Below are positions 34,746 through 41,898 of a stretch of DNA of 41,898 nucleotides, piece by piece. The position numbers and the translations under genes were made by a program. The stretch is from positions 1 to 41,898 of the forward strand of contig CAYTYC010000012.1 of assembly GCA_964442255.1 (NCBI GenBank), read 5' to 3'. Below the pieces are notes generated by a model. That model was given only the letters and a program-made list of their open reading frames with translations. It was not told where the DNA came from and did no database searches. The DNA is from an uncultured archaeon. GTDB lineage: Archaea; Iainarchaeota; Iainarchaeia; Iainarchaeales; 1-14-0-10-31-34. Positions within the stretch are counted from its first letter, which is position 1; the number at the start of each line of letters is the position of its first letter.

Positions 34746-37594
34746 TTCCCCAAGCCAATAAAAAATTCCCTGAATAAGTTTTTTTCCATTTTTCCTTTTC
34801 CTTCCCTTAATTTTGTGTTGGTCTGCTTTTCAATTTCTTTCCCAAATTTTTTCACAAACCCTTTGTCAGAGGAACCGAGCCTCAACTCAACAGTATCATT
34901 CGGGTTAAATTTGAGTTCTTTTCTCTTGGATTGAATTTTCCTGACCAATTCCGCAAGCTCCCATTTTTCCTTTAACTCTTCACTTTCCTCTACATTCAAA
35001 TGCAGTCTGATTTTTTCCCCGAAGTCCTCCGAAAAGAATTTTCCCTTCGGCTTTCCCCTGGAAAAAGAAATTTTTTCCACGTTAACCATCTGCGCAAGAA
35101 TTCCCGTTGTTTCCTTCAACGGCTTTCCCTTTGCTTCAATAACCAGTTCCTTCAAAACCCACCGCAAGCGCTTTTTCTGTTTTTCCCTCATTGACAAAAC
35201 AGCCTGCGCAATCTCCTTCACCAGCCGGAATTCTTTCTCCAGCCTTTTGTCAATCAATTTTTTGTCAGCTTTCGGGAGCGAATAAAAGTGGATTGATTCC
35301 TTCATTCCCTTTTGCTTCATGTCCCGGTAAAAGTATTCCGTTAAATGCGGGACAACCGGCGCAAGCAGTTTCATCAAACCAAAGGTCACGTAGTTTGCGG
35401 TTTTGCTTACCGGCTTTTCTTTCACCCTGTTCCTGATGAGCTTAATGTAAGTCCTGCTGAAATCCTCCAACAAAAAATCATGCACCAATTGTGTTGCCTT
35501 AGAGTAGGCATAGGAATTGTATGCATCCAAAACCTCTTTGCTTAAGGAATTAAACCTTGAAACAATCCACTTGTCTTCAGGCTTCAGCCCTGAGGCCGAG
35601 ATTTTTTTTTCGGGTTCCATTTCCAGATACAGGTGAATGAAGTTAAACGAATTCCAAAGGACATTAAAGAAGCGGTTGATTTCCCTGAATGCGTCCCAGG
35701 AAAAGGCAATATCCTCTCCCCGGGAAACGGAGGCAAAATAGTATCGCAAATAATCCCGGTTGTGCTTTGCGATTACATCCTTGGGCTGCACAATATTCCC
35801 CTTGCTTTTCGACATCTTTGTTTTCTCGACATCCAAAACCATTCCATGAACCGCAATCGCCTTGAAAGGCGCCTTGTTGAAGGAAATCGTTGAGGTAATC
35901 AACTGCGAATTCCACCATCCCCTAAACTGGTCGCTTCCCTCCAAGTTAAAGTCCGCTGGCCAAAACTTTTCAAACAACTTTTTATCCAAAGGATAACCCA
36001 ATGCCCCCCAGCTGCTGACACCCGAATCAAACCAGACATCCATTACCTCGGGAACCCTTTTCATTTCGCCTTTGCATTTCTTGCACGGAAACTTAACTTC
36101 ATCAATGTGCGGCTTATGCAAATCCAGTTCCTTGGGAAGCTTTGCGTGTTTCCCTAATTCTTTCAATGAGCCAATCACAACCTTTTCTTTGCATTCCCCG
36201 CAAACCCAAATCGGAAGGGGCGTGCCCCAGTACCTTGCCCTTGAAATCGGCCAGTCCCCTATTCCATGAATCCAGTTTTTCATTCTTTCCTTCATCCACC
36301 CCGGAACCCACTCAACTTTTTCATTCAATTCAAGCATTTTTTTCTGGATTCCTGACACGCGGAAAAACCATTGCGGGACGGCAATCATCAAAAGCGGAGT
36401 CTTGCATCTCCAGCACAAAGGATAATCATGCGTGAAAGGATGCCCGTACACCAGCAAACCTTTTCCCTTCAAGTCCTGCACAATCTCTTCATCCACTTCC
36501 CTTGCCCTTTTTCCCGCGTACTTTCCCGCCTCTTTTGTTAATTCCCCGTTCAATTGCACCGGGCTGATTGCAGGCAAACCCGCCTCTTTTCCCGCTTCAT
36601 AGTCCTCGCGCCCATGCCCCGGCGCCGTATGCACTAACCCTGTGCCTTCCTCCAAATTCACGTACCTGCTGTGCAAAATCACGCGGTAAGCGTTTTTCAG
36701 TTCAGGCAAATCCAAAAAACCTTCCAACGGGGCCTCATACTCCCAGCCATCCATTTCTTTTCCCCTGAATTCCTTTTTGGCTGTGTAGCCCGCTTCAACC
36801 GCATCCATTAAACCCTGCACCAAATCCTTTGCGATAACCCATTTTTCCCCGTTGCTTAACTCAATTTCACTGTACAAAAACTTCGGGTGAACCATTACCC
36901 CTGTGTTGCCGGGCAAAGTCCAGGGGGTGGTGGTCCAGACAATAAGGAAAGTGTTTTCCTTTCCCTTTACCTTGAATTTGACGTAAACTGCCCTGTCCGT
37001 TTGTTTGGCGTACTCTATTTCATTGTAGCTCACAGAGGTTGCGCACCTTGGGCAGACATGCACTGAATACTTGTCCAAATAAAGAAGCCCCTTTTCCTCC
37101 GCCTTCTTGAACGCAAACCAAATCGCTTCAATGTACTCGTTCCGTAAGGTAATGTACGGATTTTCCCAGTCCATCCACACCCCCAAATCATTGAATTCTT
37201 CGTTCATTTCGTCAATGTACCGGGTTGCGTAAGACCTGCATTTTTCAATGAACTTCCCGACACCGTAATCTTCAATGTCTTTTTTCCTTTTCACTCCAAT
37301 CTCTTTTTCTATCTGCACTTCAATTGGAGTTCCGTGCGTGTCATAACCCGGGCGGTCAAAAACGTGAAGGCTTTGCATCCTCTTTGAGCGCAAGGCAATG
37401 TCCTTCAAAATCTTGTTCAAGCCCGTGCCCATGTGAATGTGGCCTGTCGCGTAAGGCGGGCCGTCCATAAAATAAAAGCCTTTCCTGTTTTTTGCGCTCT
37501 TTGCCCTAACCTTTTCCGGAATCTTGTTTTTTTCCCAGAATTTTTTGATTTCCTCTTCCTTCTGCAGGGAATACTGTTCAAGGAGTTTTTTCAT
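34742..37594 (-). CDS. ileS: Isoleucine--tRNA ligase
   Basis: DGPPYATGHIHMG, WTTTPWTLPGN, GTGLVHTAPGHG, DW.ISR.RYWGTP, KMSKS. Confidence 0.97.
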   Translation of the reverse strand: MKKLLEQYSLQKEEEIKKFWEKNKIPEKVRAKSAKNRKGFYFMDGPPYATGHIHMGTGLNKILKDIALRSKRMQSLHVFDRPGYDTHGTPIEVQIEKEIGVKRKKDIEDYGVGKFIEKCRSYATRYIDEMNEEFNDLGVWMDWENPYITLRNEYIEAIWFAFKKAEEKGLLYLDKYSVHVCPRCATSVSYNEIEYAKQTDRAVYVKFKVKGKENTFLIVWTTTPWTLPGNTGVMVHPKFLYSEIELSNGEKWVIAKDLVQGLMDAVEAGYTAKKEFRGKEMDGWEYEAPLEGFLDLPELKNAYRVILHSRYVNLEEGTGLVHTAPGHGREDYEAGKEAGLPAISPVQLNGELTKEAGKYAGKRAREVDEEIVQDLKGKGLLVYGHPFTHDYPLCWRCKTPLLMIAVPQWFFRVSGIQKKMLELNEKVEWVPGWMKERMKNWIHGIGDWPISRARYWGTPLPIWVCGECKEKVVIGSLKELGKHAKLPKELDLHKPHIDEVKFPCKKCKGEMKRVPEVMDVWFDSGVSSWGALGYPLDKKLFEKFWPADFNLEGSDQFRGWWNSQLITSTISFNKAPFKAIAVHGMVLDVEKTKMSKSKGNIVQPKDVIAKHNRDYLRYYFASVSRGEDIAFSWDAFREINRFFNVLWNSFNFIHLYLEMEPEKKISASGLKPEDKWIVSRFNSLSKEVLDAYNSYAYSKATQLVHDFLLEDFSRTYIKLIRNRVKEKPVSKTANYVTFGLMKLLAPVVPHLTEYFYRDMKQKGMKESIHFYSLPKADKKLIDKRLEKEFRLVKEIAQAVLSMREKQKKRLRWVLKELVIEAKGKPLKETTGILAQMVNVEKISFSRGKPKGKFFSEDFGEKIRLHLNVEESEELKEKWELAELVRKIQSKRKELKFNPNDTVELRLGSSDKGFVKKFGKEIEKQTNTKLREGKGKMEKNLFREFFIGLGK

Positions 37595-38241
37595 TTTTTC
37601 ACCAGTTCTTCAATTTTTTCCACGGAAACCTCTTTTAAGCTTTTTACAGCCAAATCCGCGCGAGAAAAATCGTGCTTGGAGGTGAACTCCGTTACAAGCC
37701 CAATGCACTTCATTCCCGCATTCTTTGCCGAATCAATTCCCGGGGAAGAATCTTCCACGGCAACCGCATTCCGGGCTTCAACCCCTAAAGCCTTTAAGCT
37801 CTTCAGATAAATTTCCGGGTTCGGTTTGATCTCTGCAACGTCGTCCCCGGAAAAAACCGAATCAAAAATTCCCTGAAATTTTCCGTGCTCCAAAACAGCG
37901 TCAACATTTTTTTTGTGCGAGTTTGTCGCCAGCCCAAGTTTCCAGCCCTTTTCCTTCGCTTCCTTTAACAGCTCCCTTGCGCCTTCGCTTACTTCCACTT
38001 CCTTCAAGTATTCGTAATGCAGTTCCCGCTTTTTTTTGCTTAACTCAACCACGTCCCCCTCAATTTTAAAGTCAGCCAAAGTTTTCTGGATTGCCTTAAA
38101 GGTTTTGCTTCCAACCAAATTCTGGTAATAATCCTGTGTAATCTCCGCCCCAAGCGGGGAAAACAATTCCTTCCATTCCCTGAACCCAAGCGCCTCTGTG
38201 TTAATCAGCACCCCGTCCATGTCAAAAACCAATGCATTCAA
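37591..38241 (-). CDS. HAD-superfamily phosphatase (beta-PGM-like)
   Basis: FDMDGVL, LATNS, KPNPEIY, VEDS..GI. Confidence 0.92.
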   Translation of the reverse strand: MNALVFDMDGVLINTEALGFREWKELFSPLGAEITQDYYQNLVGSKTFKAIQKTLADFKIEGDVVELSKKKRELHYEYLKEVEVSEGARELLKEAKEKGWKLGLATNSHKKNVDAVLEHGKFQGIFDSVFSGDDVAEIKPNPEIYLKSLKALGVEARNAVAVEDSSPGIDSAKNAGMKCIGLVTEFTSKHDFSRADLAVKSLKEVSVEKIEELVKK

Positions 38242-38260
38242 TTAATTCACGCTCCAAAAA

Positions 38261-38335
38261 TGGGGCCAGGAGGATTTGAACCCCCGACACATGGCGTATA
38301 AGACCATTGCTCTAACCAGGCTGAGCTATAGCCCC
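38261..38335 (-). tRNA. trnI: tRNA-Ile(UAU)
   Basis: GGGGCTA/TGGCCCC acceptor, ATGGT-CTTATAC-GCCAT anticodon arm, GGGGG-TTCAAAT-CCTCC, A73. Confidence 0.9.
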
Positions 38336-38612
38336 TTGCCGGCTGCTGCCGGCAGTGCAGGGTGCCATCTGCGATGGCACTTGCTCGCCCCAATGGGCTC
38401 GCACTGCCCCTTGCCCATTCCGTAGGGCAGGTCCGGTGTGCCGGCTGTTCCCGGCAGTGGAATCCCGCCTGCTCGCGGGAGCGGAGTGCGCCATGCTTTG
38501 CATGGCAGTTGTTCGGCTTTCGCCTCGCACTTGCCGCCTTCTTGCGGCAGCAGAGATGTCCTGTTTCCTCCGCTTTTGCTCCGGAGGCAGATCTGCTCGC
38601 TTCGCTTGCAGT
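38336..38612. repeat. GC-rich multi-hairpin cassette upstream of tRNA-Ile
   Basis: About nine hairpins; the 27-mer shared with the tRNA-Val cassette; 10-bp direct repeat GCCCCTTGCC at 38331 and 38406. Confidence 0.8.
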
Positions 38613-38772
38613 TGCCCTGCAGTTAAACAGTGTATATTTACCTTTATATAATTCACTTAAAAGAGAATCAGAAAATCCTTTGTGGGCGTATTTGTCGATC
38701 CCTTCTCATGTTTAACACTCCAAGAAATGGGGTTAAAAGGGTTTTTAAAGGATAAGGGGAAGCTGAATTAAT

Positions 38773-39285
38773 ATGGCCAAAAAAAGGAATCCAAAACCGC
38801 TTTTATTCTCCGGCTCCAGAGCCAGTGAAAGGATGCAGCAGGTCAGAGACACCGCCAACGCCGCAAAAAAAGCCATTAAGGAATTGGATCCGAATGTTGA
38901 AGCGCCAATATTTGCTGCTTTGAATTTAAGGGCGGAGAAAGTGAAAAGCGTTGACCCAAAACACAGGAATCAAAGAAAAGTTTTGGCTGACATTCTTCAC
39001 GACGTATATAACCAGCATTCTTATCTTTATTCCAGGAAACCAGAAGGATTTGGCGCCCTGATGGATTTGTATGGAAAAGATTTTCGCGAGGTAGCCCCCA
39101 ATGTTTCAAGTGCGCTTTTAAAGCACTGGGCGCGCGTTTTAACAGACATAAAAATGAGAAAATTGGGGAGGGAAAAAGATTTAACTGGCCGGCATGGAGG
39201 AGAATGGATTTACACCTGGAACAACATCAACTCCGAATTGGGAGCCCTCCTTGATGAAGCCTTGTCGCACCTTAAAGGGAATTAA
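38773..39285 (+). CDS. Hypothetical protein
   Basis: 170 aa, TTTTAAA box about 25 bp upstream of ATG. Confidence 0.6.
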   Translation: MAKKRNPKPLLFSGSRASERMQQVRDTANAAKKAIKELDPNVEAPIFAALNLRAEKVKSVDPKHRNQRKVLADILHDVYNQHSYLYSRKPEGFGALMDLYGKDFREVAPNVSSALLKHWARVLTDIKMRKLGREKDLTGRHGGEWIYTWNNINSELGALLDEALSHLKGN

Positions 39286-39651
39286 TTATTCCCTTTTCCC
39301 TGATTCAAACTCTTTTTCGCTGATGTTGTTGTCTGTTTTCACGTCGCTTACCTCTTCCCCGGCTTCCTCCATTTGGCCGTATCTGCCCACATTCAGCCTC
39401 AGGGAGTTCTTGAACAAGGAAGTGTAGCCGTTTGTCACCTTGTAGCTTTTGCCGTCCTCAATTTTGTCTATGAGCTCATCCCATAAAGTCAGCAAAACTG
39501 TTCCCGTATCATCCCCGAAAACCGCTTCAGTCACCTTGTGGCTGGAGTTATCCAGTTTGCTTGAAACTTCCCGGACCTCGTTTTTTTCAAGAACTTTTCC
39601 GACCGCGTCAACTTTTTTCATGAAAGGCCTTAATTCAGCTATTTTTGCCAT
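39286..39651 (-). CDS. ssb: Single OB-fold ssDNA-binding protein (SSB/RPA)
   Basis: KIAELRP, V.EAVFGDDTG.V.LTLWD, NGYTSLFK..LRLNVGRYG; GAGGTG SD. Confidence 0.92.
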   Translation of the reverse strand: MAKIAELRPFMKKVDAVGKVLEKNEVREVSSKLDNSSHKVTEAVFGDDTGTVLLTLWDELIDKIEDGKSYKVTNGYTSLFKNSLRLNVGRYGQMEEAGEEVSDVKTDNNISEKEFESGKRE

Positions 39652-39816
39652 AATTGTTTTCACCTCTTGAATGGTTTTAAATTGATTCAGGCCTTCAAAA
39701 AAAATTCAAGTGAACCCAAACCAATTGACTAAAGATTCAGCGAAAAAAACCCTTTTAAAGGTAATTGCCTAAGGTCTTCAATATCCTTAAATAGTTCTTA
39801 GGATGAATAATTGATT

Positions 39817-40335
39817 ATGGGAAAATTGTACGCCATAATTGCGGTTGCCCTTGCGGTTGTTTTTATCGTTGGCTTTCTTTCTGTTTTCGGGATACAAACA
39901 ATCTCGGCAGACAAGCAGGAATATTCCTCCGGCGAAGAAGTAAAAATCAGGTTTTCCGATTTCAGCCTTCATTGGAGTACATGCGGCGGCAAAAGCATTC
40001 AAATATTCAAGCAGGAAGCAAGCGGGTGGAAAATGATTCAATACCAGTTATTGGGGTATGGGGGCGAGGCTTGTGTTGACGGCGAAACTGCTTTGATGGT
40101 GATGGGTTGCGATTTTGTCTTATTTCCGTTATTTCCAACAATGAATATTGAAAGCAAAGACTTTTCCTGGAATTCAAAAGTTTATGAAAAAGCTGGGGAA
40201 GTTGATTCGTGTTTTAGCCCATTCAGAAATGAAACAGTTAACCGGAAGATGGAAAACTATGAATTAAGAAATGTGCCCCCTGGAAAATACAAATTAAAGT
40301 ATGGAAGCGCGGAAACAATCATTGAAATAAAATAA
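39817..40335 (+). CDS. Hypothetical membrane-anchored exported protein
   Basis: N-terminal TM, Ig-like pattern ending VPPGKYKLKY. Confidence 0.65.
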   Translation: MGKLYAIIAVALAVVFIVGFLSVFGIQTISADKQEYSSGEEVKIRFSDFSLHWSTCGGKSIQIFKQEASGWKMIQYQLLGYGGEACVDGETALMVMGCDFVLFPLFPTMNIESKDFSWNSKVYEKAGEVDSCFSPFRNETVNRKMENYELRNVPPGKYKLKYGSAETIIEIK

Positions 40336-40337
40336 GC

Positions 40338-40874
40338 TCACTTTTTCTTTAGGATTCCTTTCACCAAAGAAACAGCCTTTTCCCTCAAGTCTTCCGGCGA
40401 GCCGTCGTTTTCAATTTTAAAGTCGCTTTCCTCCAAGACCTTTCCAAAGCCTTTTCGTTCAATGTCAATCTCGTCCCTTTGCAAAAAAGCTTTTCTTTCC
40501 TGTGCGTCAGCCTTGCTCCGCCTTTCAAACCTTTTATTGGGGGAAGCGTTAATCCTCACAACCACCACATTTTCACAGTTAGCCTTAATGTAGTCCACTT
40601 CTTCTTTGGAGCGCGGCCCCACCAGAACGAGCTTTTCTTTTCCTTTTGCCTTTTCCCACAAGCGCTTAGCGAAAACGTCCATTCCCTCTTTTTTTCTTAA
40701 CTCGTCCCCGATGTTGCTTAAATTTTCCTTGGTTGCCGGCAGCCCGCGTTTTTTCGCCTCTTCCGCAATGAAGTCGCTGAACACAAATTTCCTGAAGCCG
40801 AATTCTTCGGCAATTATGTCAGCGGCAGTGTCTTTCCCGGAGCGCGCCAAGCCAATCACGATTATTGCGGGCAT
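40338..40874 (-). CDS. P-loop nucleoside monophosphate/dephospho-CoA kinase-like (UPF0200-type)
   Basis: IIVIGLARSGKDT, RFER, DFKIENDGS. Confidence 0.8.
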   Translation of the reverse strand: MPAIIVIGLARSGKDTAADIIAEEFGFRKFVFSDFIAEEAKKRGLPATKENLSNIGDELRKKEGMDVFAKRLWEKAKGKEKLVLVGPRSKEEVDYIKANCENVVVVRINASPNKRFERRSKADAQERKAFLQRDEIDIERKGFGKVLEESDFKIENDGSPEDLREKAVSLVKGILKKK

Positions 40875-41071
40875 TACAGATAGGGTGGACACTTGACTTT
40901 AAAAAACCTTTTTAAGGTTAAAAAAAATTAAAAAGCACTTAAAGTATTTAGGGAAAAATGGTGGGGGAATGTAGTGCCTAACGGGTTGGAAAGCCTTAAA
41001 TAGCTTGAATTCCTTATATTTTTGTGTTATTGGATGGCTGAATCCCCCCCTTCTACATTCACATTCCTTCT

Positions 41072-41860
41072 GTGAGGAGCAGCATTATTGGTTGTTTATC
41101 TAAATGGTTTCTTCACGCCGTTGAGGTTCGTGGTGGTCCTGCGGTTATAAGTGAATTGGATGCGCGAATAGCCAGTGAAAAGCAGAGGGAAGTAAAGCAA
41201 GCACTGGAAAGCGTTCGCCGTATGCTTGCAACGAGAAAGCTTTTGGGAAGGGAAAAGTTTGGGCATGAAATTCACTTTGTTGTGGCCGACAACGCAGCCT
41301 TTTACAATGAAGTGCCAGTTTCTAAAACCCACACGCCAATAGCAACCCAGTTAGCCAGATACTTGAATGCTGTGGGAAATAAACATGGTGTGTTCGTGCA
41401 TTACATTACTCCAAATGAAATGAAATTCATTTTTCCCCGGGAGCTTACTGAGCCGCATCCTTTGGGGCATATCAATGGAAAAAACCAGCTTAAAACCAGC
41501 CCAGGCGCTGCAACCAACATAGCGCTTTCTTACATAAGGGGCTATCATCATGAAAAACACCGGGGCCTTGCGCGAGCCTTTCTCTTAAGGATTAGCGATG
41601 ATGTTTTTCCTCCAACCAGTAAAACTGTTTGGGGGGAGGAAGCAAGGCAATACAGAAACTTTTTCTTAGACCAAGAAAAAATGTTTGACGGTCCCATTAG
41701 CGGGTCCAGAAAAAGGTATCGTGGTTATGATGATAGTTCAGGAAGACGGCTTAGAAAGGAAATTTCCACTTTCTCTTTTCTTGTTCGCTTTGGAGACTTG
41801 AGGCAATTCCCTTATTATGGAACGGCCGGCAGTGAAGACAGAAGTTTTAGTTTCTCATGA
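41072..41860 (+). CDS. Hypothetical protein with degenerate GT-A/GT2-like motifs; start uncertain
   Basis: HFVVADN, GAATNIAL, LLRISDD. Confidence 0.45.
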   Translation: MRSSIIGCLSKWFLHAVEVRGGPAVISELDARIASEKQREVKQALESVRRMLATRKLLGREKFGHEIHFVVADNAAFYNEVPVSKTHTPIATQLARYLNAVGNKHGVFVHYITPNEMKFIFPRELTEPHPLGHINGKNQLKTSPGAATNIALSYIRGYHHEKHRGLARAFLLRISDDVFPPTSKTVWGEEARQYRNFFLDQEKMFDGPISGSRKRYRGYDDSSGRRLRKEISTFSFLVRFGDLRQFPYYGTAGSEDRSFSFS

Positions 41861-41870
41861 CGCGACAACC

Positions 41871-41890
41871 CTGCCTGCCTTGGCAGGCAG
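41871..41890. repeat. CTGCCTGCC-TT-GGCAGGCAG palindrome
   Basis: Perfect 9-bp arms, inside a larger CGAC...GTCG stem at the window edge. Confidence 0.6.
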
Positions 41891-41898
41891 ATAGGTCG

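Noticed and set aside
38336-38612. T-box riboswitch for ileS
   Set aside because: No T-box bulge consensus or specifier-loop layout on the minus strand; a tRNA gene intervenes
38312-38715. ORFs 38312-38656, 38355-38651, 38362-38715, 38438-38626
   Set aside because: Stop-poor frames arising from the GC-rich palindromic cassette and tRNA; no protein-like features

Overview
Archaeal chromosomal window. Alba, archaeal NusA, Sec61beta, archaeal-type tRNAs and TATA-box/leaderless starts are present, and the gene content suggests a DPANN lineage, possibly Diapherotrites/Iainarchaeota (inference). Left to right: a truncated Cys-rich/PQQ-type beta-propeller lipoprotein missed by the ORF track; a toxin-antitoxin cluster (MazEF-like, AbiEi/AbiEii, orphan RHH); a six-gene redox operon ending in msrB-msrA; MATE; an aminotransferase-transketolase-purF-ITPase-tRNA-Leu operon; an HTH-nucleotidyltransferase with a truncated partner fused head-on to a lysA stub; proC; a phosphate module; tRNA-Val; a GT-C-like membrane protein; a HerA-like ATPase; nusA and alba; two paralogous membrane-anchored GATase-fold genes; sec61beta; ileS, a HAD hydrolase and tRNA-Ile(UAU); ssb; a kinase. 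The most notable observations are: (1) a 1753-bp transposase-less cassette with perfect 16-bp terminal inverted repeats, carrying a winged-helix ORF and a NYN RNase ORF in one frame split by a single TAG; (2) a conserved gene interrupted by a 38-bp duplication around a 34-bp insert, the geometry of off-target Cas1-Cas2 spacer integration; (3) related hairpin cassettes beside all three tRNAs plus a dispersed REP-like palindrome family; (4) a rare UAU-anticodon tRNA-Ile next to ileS; (5) a mini cytochrome-b-like protein and a cupredoxin co-transcribed with MsrAB. All product calls come from motif recognition by eye; no database searches were run.
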